From Psammoneis japonica (lineage: Eukaryota): 34,127 nucleotides of DNA. A model generated the notes under the pieces. The model had not been told where the DNA came from and made no database searches. It was given only the letters and a program-made list of their open reading frames with translations. The position numbers and the translations under genes were made by a program. Positions within the stretch are counted from its first letter, which is position 1. Every line of letters begins with the position of its first letter. Below, in pieces: positions 10,516 to 22,287 of this stretch. The stretch lies in the NCBI GenBank assembly GCA_008632985.1, contig QPGO01000391.1, forward strand, positions 1-34,127, read 5' to 3'.

Positions 10516-13500
10516 TCACCAACCCATCACCAGAGGACGTAAGGTCTCTAGGATCTCAGCCGCAACCGGCTTGGTGAGACAATCCGCCAGTTGGTCCTTG
10601 GTGTCGATGTCGTGCATCGAAATTTCTTTTCGAGTGACACAGTCGCGAAAGTGGTGCAACTTGACATTCAAGTGCTTGGTTCGTGGTCTGCACTTGTGCA
10701 CGCGCGCCATCTCTAGCGCCCCGCCATTGTCTTCAAACACTTTGCAATGGATCTTGGGCGCAGACGTCTTGACAGGGAAGCTGTGTCACTTGAGTTCATT
10801 CAGCATTTCCATCAAGGGTGTGGCTTCTCGTAGAGCGTGCGACAAGCCTGTGCATTCAGATTCTGTGCTGCTTGAGGCCACCTTGGTTTGCAATTGAGAT
10901 TTCCAAAGAATGGGACAGCCCGCGCAAGAAATGACACAACCGTGTCGAGAACGTGCTGCATCTCGGTCTTGGCTTGCCTCTCGTGGGTCCCAATTCCCGC
11001 TAAAATCTGCATCCACGTAAACCTCCAAGTCCTTTCCCTTTACAGGTTTCAGGATTGCACCCTTGTCTCTGGTCTTGCACAAATGTCTGCCAAGCCACCG
11101 CATGGCTTTGGCGTGCTCAACCTTGGGAGCTGCAGTGAACCATGCGCATTGGTGGGTGATGTACGCCATGTCGCTTCGAGCACATTTTTCCAAGCAACTC
11201 AGCTTGCCAACAACCGATCGGCAGTTGAAGGAATCATCAAACGGTTCCGAATCGGAGTGCCTTAACAGCATCTTGGAGGATGCCGCCGGAGCATCCTTGG
11301 GTGCGGCACTTGGTGAATCCAGTCGTAAGTCCTTGAGCATCTGATCGATTGAGTGTGGTTGCGTCAAGTGGACCGTGCCATCGTTCTTCCTCACGATGTT
11401 GATGCCGAGAAAATCCTGTGTGTCCCCTTCCACAGTAATGTCGAGTTTTGCCTCCTTGAGTTCCTTGATGATCTGATTAATTTCTCTCTCATCAGGACCG
11501 GCAATCAGCGAGTCGTCTGTGCATGGAAGGCAAATGGTTTTCCCGTGATAGAACATGCACTCATCAACCTTGGACTGCTCGAAACCAAGCTTGTTGACGA
11601 GCTTGTTGACCAGATATTTGTTCCAAACTCCACCAGCCTGTTTTTGACCGTGTGCGTTTCGATGGAGCTTCAGGACATAATCCTTGGTGTTGCCGTCGAC
11701 TAACTTGAAGCCCGCTGGCATTTCCATGTAGAGCTCCTTGTCTACCGGCGCTTGAGGGAAGGCCAAAACGCAGTCCAATTGCTTGGAGTGCCACCCGTTC
11801 ATTGCTGTCAGGGTGAGCAACATTTGAATTGAGTTTCGTGATGCTACCGGTGCGCACGTCTCTTCATAATCCTTTCCTTTCCTCATTTTTGAACCGTCGA
11901 CATTCAAGCGAGCCTTCCACTTCTTGACCTTGCGAGTCTTAATGTCGCGCTTGCGCTTCATCTGCCACACCGCTGGTAGCACCTTGCTGTCTCTTTTCAC
12001 CTGTGATCGTGGAACAATGGAGAAATTGCCATTTTCCATTTGATCCGTTACCTCCTTTTGCATGGCTTTCAGGAACTGCACGCGATCCGGTTCCTTCATA
12101 GCCTGGTGCATGTACATGGTGTCTGGATCTGCTGATGCTTTACAGGCAAGGAGGGGATTCTTGTCTTCTCTAAGTTCTTGTGAGTCTTGGGGATACATTG
12201 CTGCCAAACACAACATCTCACCCTCGACATCGTTTCTTGTTTCGGAACTGATTTCGGCCGTCACAGCTTCTATCAGTCTGCTGACCGGTCGGCTCTTTCG
12301 CCCTGAGCGAGTCACTTTTGGTGCATCGGTGCCGTTTCGTGTCTCGTCAGACTCGCGCTCTCCTGGAGCTACTTCTAGAGATTCAGTCGCTGGCGTAGGT
12401 CCACCCTCGTCTTCCTGAGGTTGTACGTGTGGACTATCTTGCCTCGACGCCACTTGGCCAGTGGCTACTGCAGTGTTTCCGCTCTGTTGCGGTCCCGGAT
12501 TTAGGTCAGCCCATTGAACTCATTTTTGTCGTTTCTTGCCTCGCCTGGCTCCCTCTGAATTTGCTTTCCGCTTCTTCGTGGTTGGAGCTGGTGTGGATGC
12601 CGTTTTGGCTGCTCCACTAGTGTCAGCTTTCGTTGCCTCCCTCTGAGCTACAAAGCCGGCTTTGATTTGCCATTGCGAGTCCAGCTTGTCTTGCCGCACC
12701 GCATGGAAGGAGGGATCAAACTTGACATGGAATTGTGGGCTAACTAGAGCAGTCGCTCGATCCAGCACGAGCGCCACATTCTTTCCATGCATTGGGCTTT
12801 GGCCCAGATAGACTCCGACCCTTGATCGTTGCTTCCATTTGTGGTGTGGCAGGTTGGATTGCAAGGCGCTGTCAAGAACGTACACTGGGCATCCGAAGGG
12901 TTTCCAGTGTTTTGGGTTGGCAGAGACTCGGGTCTTGGAGAATGTTTGCATGGGGGACAACCTGTCCTTGTTTTGGAAACTCGGCACGTTGTTAATCGCG
13001 TCGTTGGCCATCCTTGTTGCATGAGGCCACAGATTCGCTGTGATTGCTTTCTTCCACCGGCTTTGAGTGTGCACTGACATGCTCCCAGCGAGTTCTTGGA
13101 GCTCGCGCATGCGACGCTCGGCCAAGCCATTCTGGTGGTGAGCGCCTGCCGCTGCGAAGGTGAGCCGTTGTCCTTGTGATCGACATGCAAACACCCAGTC
13201 GTTGGCCTTGAAGACACCATTGTCTGCATGGCAGGCTTCGACTGTAACGCCACACGTCTTGGCGCATTGCTCGAAAGCTTGTTTCCCTTCTGACGTCTCC
13301 GCTGCCGATGCCGTCTTTTGTAGATGCACACATCCCATTTTGGAGCATTGATCAACGTACACCGTAGCATGCTTGTGCCGTTTGGTGGTCAGCCATCTGG
13401 TCATTTGAGCAATCAACCCCGGTGCAGGAGATGCAAGTTGGTCTGCGGAGACGACTTGGCCTGGGCGTGTGGGTTTTTCCGTCGGTTGCTGGTTGCGTCG

Positions 13501-14991
13501 TGTCTTGTCTCGCCACTTGCGCTCAGCAGCCTTGGCACACAAGCATGCAGAGCAGACGGGTGCATTGCATTTTGCCAGCTTCTTTGGCGGCATGCCCAAT
13601 CTTGCCATCCATTGCAGTTTTGCAAAACTCATGTGGCCGAATTGTTGATGGCATCGCAGGAGCAGTGATGCCTCGGCAGAGCCTTGGTGATCCTCTTCAT
13701 CTTCCACCACTGCTGGTGGCTTGACGGCTGCTCCCTCTGAGGTGGAACTTGGCATGGTGCCCATGTCTCCCTCTTGCTTGCCATCCAACGGTGGTCCGTC
13801 TAAGTTGAAATCTGCTGCCGTTGACCCGTCAATTTCCCCAGGTGCCGACCCTGAGTCTTGCGACTGGCCTTGGTTCATTGGTTGCCATTCATCACGCGGC
13901 GCATCAGCATCGCACTCAACCTCAGCATCATCATCTTGATCCTCATCGTCGCTCACGACTGCCGCCTCATTGGCCAGCACAGGATCCTCGACTTCTTCTG
14001 CTGGGTCGACATCCGCCTCCGCACAGAATGCTTCGTGCTTTTGGCATCCGGGTGCTGGATGAAATGCAGCCACGTTGGTCATTTCACTCAGCGGCATTGT
14101 CAGCCGGTGTTTCTTCTGGTTCCAACAGAGGGTCACCTGCCTTGAGTCAGTCTTGCCACCCGTGCCTTCCTTGGGTTTGCTGTCCCTTTGGGTCTTAGCC
14201 CAGTGTTGAGGGCTCAGCAACCTGACCTTCCCACTTGGTGCGTAGAACGAATTGGGCATCTTGAACTTATGCGTCCCACCCTCGTCGTCGTTCCATCTCC
14301 ATGGCAGGGTGCCGATCTTCACCCCGGTGGTTTTTGAACCGCCAAAACCTTTTGTGGTTCTGTTGCAGTCTCGCAATTCACCAACAAAGTCTTCCGCGCA
14401 ATCGGACATGCAACCTGTGGCCCGATTGTCAACCCCGACTGGTCCTGAGTCAGTGTCGAAGGTCACCGCATGCTCCATGATGCTCTTGTTTTGAGCCTGC
14501 ATTGCGACCACCACCACAGCCAGTGCTGCGGCATGGTGTCGTGTTCGCCTGGGTCTCTTGAGTTCATCCATAGATTGGTGGAGTCTTCGAATTCTTCCTC
14601 TTCTGGACGAGTCGGTGTTGGTGTCGATCGCTTCAATGAATTGTGCCGCTTGTTCTCCGACCTGGCACATCTTGCTGGTCAAGCAGCGGCAACCCTTCCG
14701 CAGCTTGTGCCATCTTTTCTTCTTGGGTGCGCAGTGCGGGGAGTGTCCTGGGTTGTCGTTGTAGTGGAACACAAGGCAGATGATTGGGACCGCGGCGGAT
14801 GGAGAGCAGTGAGCGCAGGCCATGGTGCGATCTGCGATGATGAGTGCTAAAACAATGTTTGTGCAATTGCAGGCTGTCGCCTGCCATGCGAATGTAGCCG
14901 TTGCTTCAACAAAAGCGCAGCACAACATTGTAAGGTCGCCAATTGCATGTCCATCATCACAGCAGTCACAACTGTGGCCGTGCTCTAGGAG
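10516..14991 (-). pseudogene. pol: Copia-1 pol with two internal TGA stops
   Basis: FDTDS..VDNRAT (PR); HQQFGH..CSAC, ADQL, HADNG, QNGLAERR (IN); KARLNVDG, AFPQA, GQKQAG, CTDD (RT); YVDADF, STESE, EDN (RH). ORFs 12520-14928, 10786-12453 and 10516-10740 share one frame. Confidence 0.95.
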
Positions 14992-16305
14992 TCATTCGGA
15001 TTCGTCGTCCGATGGCTCCTTGTCGACTGCTGCCTCGTATGCCTTCGTAAGCTTGAGACGTCGTTTGCTGTCTTGTTTGCGGTGGAACTTCTTCTCCTGT
15101 TCGTTTCCGCTCTTGCCATTGGCCGCTCTCTTCTTGTTCTTATCCGGGTCACATGAACAATTCTCCGGAGTGTGCTTGCGCCACTTTCCAGGGCATTTCC
15201 CTCCGACGTCCTTGTGGCAGTGGCAGCATTTTACACCGTTCCAGTGCCCAGGCTTGGAGATCACATCCTTGGTTGGGCGCAAGTTGTCCTTCATCCATTT
15301 GGGCATGTTTCGCTTGTCACCATCCTTTCCTTTCCCACGCTTGTCGTCCTTTCTGGTGTTCTCAGCAGATTCGTGCTTCTTAGCTCTTTTCTCAATGCCT
15401 TCGACTTTGGCTTCCAGAGCAAGTGTCTTCTCTTCTTCCTCGCTAGGCACGTTCCACTTCTTCTTCTGAACCAAATTCTTGCACTTGTTGTCCGCAAGCG
15501 TCATGAGGTGATTTGGCGCAATGTCCTTGCCGTCCTCGCATTCCTCTTGCTTGTTGCCAATGTGCTTGGCAAAGTTCTTGTCCGAAGCAGCGAGGTGTCC
15601 TTTGAACAAATTCGTCAGGAGATCCTCTGTGGTTTCGCCACGAGACCTTAGCGCAGCGAGAAGGAGAGCCACGTGCTGATTGAACTTCGTGATGTCGTGA
15701 CCGATCGTCGGCAAGCATTGGTCAAGCTCAGCGAGTTTCGTACGGATCGTGCTCGTGGTTGCATTCGTGTCTAGGTGCGACTCTTGAATGATGACCTTGA
15801 GGAGCAAACATCCAGAGATCTTGTCTCCGATCTTGTAGGACGCATCGTGGACACATGCCTTGTCCTTCCCAGCCTTGGAGATTGAGTTGATCAGACAGTG
15901 TCCGAGCATGGTAGTGTCTTGAGCTGCACGGCATGGATTCCTGATGTACGACTCCTCGTGTCTCTTGATGCGTTCCATGCTGATCTCACCATGGCCAGTG
16001 AGCAAGTTTGAGTGCGTCGTGTCCGGATCTTCAGGGTCTTCAGGTGTCACAAGGATGCCTGTCGTTGGGTCATTCCATCCGAGCAGGCTGGCCCTGGTTT
16101 CAACATTCTTGAGGAACTGAAAGAGTTCGCCTGGAGTGCAGTCGAATGCATCTCCACTTGATGCTTCCGAGCCATTTTCGAACAGCTTTTGTCCAGCACT
16201 CTTGCGAAAGTCAACTGCTCCCGCAACAGCTTGAGCTGGAGCAAGGGCAAACGGAATGTCCTCATCGGACGTTGAGGACGATGATGCACTTGAAACGTCC
16301 GACAT
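14992..16305 (-). CDS. gag: Copia-1 gag
   Basis: 437-aa ORF starting 30 bp after the 5' LTR, with a C-terminal Cys/His motif CCHCHKDVGGKCPGKWRKHTPENC. Confidence 0.88.
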   Translation of the reverse strand: MSDVSSASSSSTSDEDIPFALAPAQAVAGAVDFRKSAGQKLFENGSEASSGDAFDCTPGELFQFLKNVETRASLLGWNDPTTGILVTPEDPEDPDTTHSNLLTGHGEISMERIKRHEESYIRNPCRAAQDTTMLGHCLINSISKAGKDKACVHDASYKIGDKISGCLLLKVIIQESHLDTNATTSTIRTKLAELDQCLPTIGHDITKFNQHVALLLAALRSRGETTEDLLTNLFKGHLAASDKNFAKHIGNKQEECEDGKDIAPNHLMTLADNKCKNLVQKKKWNVPSEEEEKTLALEAKVEGIEKRAKKHESAENTRKDDKRGKGKDGDKRNMPKWMKDNLRPTKDVISKPGHWNGVKCCHCHKDVGGKCPGKWRKHTPENCSCDPDKNKKRAANGKSGNEQEKKFHRKQDSKRRLKLTKAYEAAVDKEPSDDESE

Positions 16306-16318
16306 GATTTTTCTTCTT

Positions 16319-16334
16319 TAGTGCAGAGGAAGCG
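16319..16334 (-). other. Putative primer-binding site complementary to the tRNA-iMet D-arm
   Basis: Plus strand tagtgcagaggaagcg(tg) resembles eukaryotic tRNA-iMet (U)GGCGCAGNGGAAGCGUG; abuts the 5' LTR. Confidence 0.55.
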
Positions 16335-16559
16335 TGTTGTAACATCCAGAGAACAGACAACAGACAGAGCATGTTGACATCACAATGGACATGGGGCGAT
16401 TCTGGGTGCCAGTGTCACAGCCACCAAAGAGAAAATTGTGAGGAGAGGAGACGCTCTTCGTCTGCTCTCCCAGTTTCCCGAGCGACGTTTGCACTGATGA
16501 CGCAAGTCTTTGCAACGGCGGGTCACAATGACTGTCTTGATGATTTGACAATCTTCACA
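16335..16559 (-). repeat. Copia-1 5' LTR
   Basis: Direct repeat of 10254-10478. Confidence 0.95.
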
Positions 16560-17541
16560 GCAATCTGATGAATTTCGTGATGGTGTCACAGGCCTCCCGC
16601 GGGATGGCATCTCTGGGTGGGTGCCACGCCTCCACTAACATCTTTTGCTCTTCCACCGTGTAACTGTCCGCGTGTGGACCATTGAGGTCACCCGTCACCG
16701 CGATGGACGACGCCTCCTTGTCACCGGACACGAATTCCTCCATGCACTCCACAGCACGTTTGGCCTGTTCGACACGGGACTCTTGATCATTGTTCTCCAG
16801 ATGGGTCATGAACACGTACCCGACGTCCTTCATCTGAATACCAATCAGGGTCCGGGCCTCGTCATAGGGGGGGTCCTTACCACCGGGCTTGTTTGTGGTG
16901 GTGGGTAGATTCCACATGGCCGCCCTGGTTGGTTTTTGTTTCGTGAGGATGACATTGCCCCAATTGCTGCCCCACGGACACGGTTTGGGATTGCTGAACA
17001 AAAGGTGACGGAAACCCAATTCGCACAGATGCTTGGCCCAAGGGAAGGTCACCTTCTTGGGCTTTCCATTGTTTTTCTCTAATTTCTTGTGGTGGCAATC
17101 TGGCCAAACGTTCGTCCCGTGCGGTTGTTCAAAGACGTTGTCGGCCTTGGCGTCCGGGTGCAACTCGATCATGTGGCCGGGATTCTTGGCCGATTCTTCG
17201 GCAATGTCGTTGGGCACCAATGTCTCTGACAAGCACAAAATGTCGGCCCCGGTTGTTTGGAAAATGCCAAAGACCTTTTCCGGACAACGAAGGAATCCAC
17301 CACCATTGAGATTGTGGGCCATCAATGTTTGGTGGTGCTTTTCTGTTTTCGAAGAGTTCTTCTGGAGTTGCTCCAGCACCGTCACGTCATGGGCCTCGTG
17401 CTTTTCAACGCAGAGCTTTTCGGTCATCAAAGCACAGGCTCCTGGATTCAACAGTCCCTCCTTCTTGGCGTGTTTCACATCGTCCACGCTCTGGTGCATT
17501 GCAAAGAACGGCGGTTCCAGAAAAAAGGACTGAGACGCCAT
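16560..17541 (-). pseudogene. Endonuclease/exonuclease/phosphatase (EEP) family gene, N-terminal portion
   Basis: Motifs LMAHNL, ADILCLSE, WGNVILTK, VFMTHLE, VTGDLN; the ORF runs into the Copia-1 LTR. Confidence 0.88.
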
Positions 17542-17694
17542 TGTTGTTGACAGTTAAGGCAAGTTTTGATGCAATCTGTGGTTGGTTTTGTGTGAACAAA
17601 AAATGTCGGAGACCGGCGGAGCAACCACAAGCACGAATGAAACAAAAATCAAAGGCAACACCAGGCCTTCGCGCGAAACGTCAAAATGCGCGAC

Positions 17695-17918
17695 CAAGTG
17701 AATCCAGCTGCCGAGTGGCTCAGCCACTCACAGCACTGGTGTGACAACAATCTAATGATCCAAAGATGCTCTTAGGCCTGTTGCAACTGCTCGTAACAAG
17801 TGAGCGCCATTGGAGGGAAAAACAACGCTTCCCTCCGACAACACGTCACAACGGTTGACTCAGCACCAGCCGTCACCAACAGTGCTCTAACTAAATCTGA
17901 TACATCGGATTTCTTTCG
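17695..17918 (-). repeat. Copia-2 3' LTR
   Basis: Direct repeat of 24015-24238, preceded on the minus strand by AAGGGGAC (PPT-like). Confidence 0.92.
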
Positions 17919-18087
17919 GTCCCCTTGAAATGTTTCTAACAAGCCAAGGGCGTGCTTGACAGACACAATTCAACCAATGCAATCAACCACATTGACACTC
18001 CGTGCTGGCCATGGTGTAAACCCTCACTGGGGAAGAAAATCACCACCGACCCGATTCCCAAAAATCTAAACCCCATTTGCCGCCAAT

Positions 18088-21000
18088 TCAACAAGCGAAC
18101 TTGTCCAACAGGAAATTGCGACGAATCGAAGTCACAACCTTCGTGAACAAATCCGCGAGGTTAGTTTCCGTATCCTCCTTTGCCAAGCGAACAGTCCCCG
18201 CAGCAACAGCTTCCCCATTGCGATGGCATGCAATGGAGTGATGCTTCTTCTTGAGAGCAGACTCTGGGATGGAGCAATTCTTGTGCACTGCTTCATTGTC
18301 ACAGAACACGTTCGTAGAACCTTCAACAGGAACTCCAAACATTTGAAGCTTGTGCCTCAGACCTTCAACAAGTTCCACCGCGACCTTGAGTGCCACGATC
18401 TCGGCGCCAAAAGTGCCAGTCTCCACGGTGTTCTGTCTCTTCGAATGCCAGATTGTGGGTGCTCGGCATGGGAATGTCAGAATGCCTGTGTGACTGCGGC
18501 GAGTTGAAACGTCACCAGCATGGTTGGCATCCACGAAACAATGAGTGGACACAACGTCGCCTCGAGGTGGTGGCATGTTGGGGGGAATGGCCTCTTGCGC
18601 GTCTCGGCAGAAGTCGAGCCAATCGCACTCCTTGAACCTAGACTCGTCGATGACCGGATGTGCAGGATCGAACGCCACCCGACGCTTTGGGACCTGTTTG
18701 GGGCATGCAAAGACATGCAACACCTGTTCCAAGTGACCAATGTGCGGCAAGGCAAGGTGAGCCGACACATTTGACACTTCCAAAATGATGTCGACCCCAC
18801 CCAATTCCACGGCCCAAATCAAAACGCCAATCAGCTCTTGGCAGCAGTTGAGGCCTTCTGCATCCAGTTCGCCCGAAGTGTCCAACTCCGGCTTGCATCC
18901 GCTGCTTGAAGGTGTGCACGCTTTACTCGGTGGCCGTTTTCCTTCCTTGGCCAATTTGTCCTCAACGTTCCAGACCGCTGCCTTGCAGCATTCTTCTGCT
19001 GACATTGTCCAGCAGGCAGTGCCGTCAGCAAGGTCCATCTTCGACAATTTGGTGCCCAAGCAGGATTCGGGTTCCACTGCTTTATCGTCTTTGAGCTTGA
19101 ACTTCGACTTGATGCCATCCACAGTCTTCATCGGCTCATGACTGATCGACAGCAAGTCGTCAACGTACACCAAGATGCACTCGTAGTGCTCGAATCCGTC
19201 TGGCTTCACTGCAGGCCTCATCCAAACGTCGGGATCAGCCTTGCTGGGCTTGCATCCTAGATCATAAAGCGTCTCCGCCAGGAAGGCTCTGAATGCCGCG
19301 CCAGAGCTCTTCAATCCGTAGAGTGCCCTGACTGCAGTCACAATCTCACCGCGTTCCACGCCAAACTCTTCACCGGCACGAGTCCAAATTTTCTCTCGGC
19401 ACGGCGCTGTCAAGCAGGCATTCTGGGTGTCACAGGCAAAGACTTGTGAGTCATCAAGCGCGGCAAGTGCAAGAGCAATCCTTGCCGAATCCCTGGAAAC
19501 AACTGAGGAGCAGGTGATGGCAGTTGGGGCATCGGTCATGTGACCACCCACAACCATCCTGCTCTTGCGTCGAAAGTTCTCTCCCAACTTGATGTCAAAA
19601 ATCATGTGACAGTCGATTTGTTGGCACCCAGGAGGCAGTTCCGTTTCGTCCCCCTCGAACTTGTCGAACGCAACTCGAACATTCTTCATTTCCAAGCAAA
19701 TGGCGTCATGCCGTGAGGTGTTGCCGTTCGCACGATTGAGCTCCAGTGCCTCCTTCACAGTCTTGGGAATTCGTGTGCCAAATTTGTGGGTTCTCAACCA
19801 ATGCTTCGACTCAACCTTCGCAGTGGAACGCTTGCGGGTCCTCATCACGTGCGGAACCCACCAAGCAAACGCCGGCTCCTTCGAGATCTTGCGTTGGATG
19901 GCGAACTCGGCGACCTGGACAGGGAATCCTTCCTTTGCGTCCTTCAGGTCAACCCAAGCAGCACTGCCATCCTTCCATTGGAGCAAGAGTTCCCATCCTT
20001 TCGTGGTCCTGCGTCGCCTCTTGTTGCCTTGCTCAGTTTCAAAGAAATTGGATTCCGGGACGTCCCCATTCGTGCAGAAGTCCACAATCTCGTCGAACAG
20101 AACATGCCGATTTCCGTCCTCGTCAATCTGTGCGAACATGTTCATGGCAATGGAGTTGGCTGAGAGTGCTGCAGTGTGACCATCGGGATGCTCCACCTGA
20201 CACATTCGAGTGTCTGGGATTGGGTTGTCATTGGCTGTCCCAATGGGAATGCCGTTCGCATCCCTCAACCTCTTCGTTACGCGCGCGAACTCGGGACCAT
20301 CATCATCTCTTGGCAAAGCCAATTCCATGTTGAGATGGCCCCAATCCGCCACTTCCGGGGAGGCTTCCTCGTCTTTCTTGTCGTCGTCCTTGTTTGACAC
20401 ATCTTCAGAACTGATGACGCGATCGCACTCGTCGAGGAATTCATCGTCGTACCCAAGATGGTCCTTCCAGTCTTCGGGGCTGATCCTGCGCTCTTCGTCT
20501 TCGGGAAAATCTTGGTCACAAAGTCTGCGCTGGATCTCCTCGTCAAAAGCCTTGAACCGATCTTGATTCTCTTGAGTGCCAGCTTCCAAGTTGGTGACTC
20601 ACTGAACAGATGTCCGTGACATGACACGACCGGTTTGCGTCAACACGTAATGTGACATTAGACTGCCAATCCGGTGGGACACTCCGAGCCACCTGCCGAG
20701 CTTCTGGTCACCAAGACCAGCATTCTCCCTGTGCCAAACCCGATCGTAGAATCCGAAGTCAAGGCACTCTGAGATGTCAACAGTTTTGCCAAGTGTTTCT
20801 TCCAGAGGAANNNNNNNNNNNNNNNNNNNNNNNNNNNNNNNNNNNNNNNNNNNNNNNNNNNNNNNNNNNNNNNNNNNNNNNNNNNNNNNNNNNNNNNNNN
20901 NNNNNNNNNNNNNNNNNNNNNNNNNNNNNNNNNNNNNNNNNNNNNNNNNNNNNNNNNNNNNNNNNNNNNNNNNNNNNNNNNNNNNNNNNNNNNNNNNNNN

Positions 21001-22287
21001 NNNNNNNNNNNNNNNNNNNNNNNNNNNNNNNNNNNNNNNNNNNNNNNNNNNNNNNNNNNNNNNNNNNNNNNNNNNNNNNNNNNNNNNNNNNNNNNNNNNN
21101 NNNNNNNNNNNNNNNNNNNNNNNNNNNNNNNNNNNNNNNNNNNNNNNNNNNNNNNNNNNNNNNNNNNNNNNNNNNNNNNNNNNNNNNNNNNNNNNNNNNN
21201 NNNNNNNNNNNNNNNNNNNNNNNNNNNNNNNNNNNNNNNNNNNNNNNNNNNNNNNNNNNNNNNNNNNNNNNNNNNNNNNNNNNNNNNNNNNNNNNNNNNN
21301 NNNNNNNNNNNNNNNNNNNNNNNNNNNNNNNNNNNNNNNNNNNNNNNNNNNNNNNNNNNNNNNNNNNNNNNNNNNNNNNNNNNNNNNNNNNNNNNNNNNN
21401 NNNNNNNNNNNNNNNNNNNNNNNNNNNNNNNNNNNNNNNNNNNNNNNNNNNNNGCGTCTTCGAGTTCCGAGCCGATCGTCTCAGTGGCCGCGATCTGAAC
21501 ATCCGCTTCCACCTGGACCAACGCCATCAATCTTGATTGAACTTGGTCCACACCGCAGACAAGTCTCCCATCACAACAGTCCCCGGACTGAGGGTTGCCA
21601 TGATCAGGATCCTGACTGAACGCGCAGCTGGGGCTTGACCGAACACTTGCAACTGACCGAATCAACTCCATTTCCTCCTCCACAGAACGTCGAGGTCTGG
21701 ACTGCTTAAACTTGACGTTGTGTGGATCCCAAGGTTGTTGGGAGGTCAACTGGATGTGTGGGCACTCTTGGAGCTCCCTGTCAGTGGGGGTCCGAGTGGC
21801 CGCAACGACACCAGTTCCCATCAACTCGAGAGGCAGCATAAATCCCTTGTCCTCCGTAAGGACACACAACGGCGACTCGGAACAGGGGTTGTCCTGAACC
21901 GTGATGCCGAAATGCCTCATCTGATTTGGGTTGAGGAGAGAATTCTCCATGGAATCTGCCATCCAAAGCCCCTCATGGAACACTGGGATGTGCGTTGCTC
22001 CCGTCGCCGGTGAGGTCCACGCAGTGGCCGCCGATGCGATTGGGACACTCTTGATGGCTTCGCATCCCTCGTCACAAGGCGACACGTCGCACTCTCTTCT
22101 TTTCGTGAGTGGCACGCGTGTTGGTCCGTGCCGCAGAGACTCGTCATGTAGAAGCAGCAATTTCACAAATGCAACAACAGTCCCCATGAACCAACGTTTC
22201 TTTCGAATGATGCGGCTGGCCCCCGCCCCAATGAAGCAGCCACAATGCAAACTGGATGAGGCTACAAAGCAGGGTCCAGCTCAGGAG
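18088..22287 (-). pseudogene. pol: Copia-2 pol (stops at 22144-22146 and 20599-20601, apparent deletion/frameshift at the protease active site, integrase core lost in the gap)
   Basis: SLLNPNQMR (PR region), DISECLDFGFYD..GRWLGVSHRIG, KGWELLLQWKDGS, SSVVSRDS, ALYGLKSSGA, YVDD and RNase H motifs. Confidence 0.92.
20811..21453. other. Assembly gap
   Basis: Run of N. Confidence 1.

Larger units (their letters stand above)
10254..16559 (-). mobile_element. Full-length Ty1/Copia LTR retrotransposon, Copia-1 (CoDi-like, mutated)
   Basis: 225-bp TG..CA LTRs, imperfect 6-bp TSD GCGATC/GCAATC (10248-10253, 16560-16565), PPT, gag, and pol in PR-IN-RT-RH order. Confidence 0.97.

Noticed and set aside
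19661..20566. Long antisense ORFs over pol genes (also 32725-33699, 14822-15469)
   Set aside because: Shadows of pol/gag lengthened by loss of TAA/TAG.
20652..21619. Long ORFs spanning N runs (also 29777-30281)
   Set aside because: Artefacts of translating assembly gaps.
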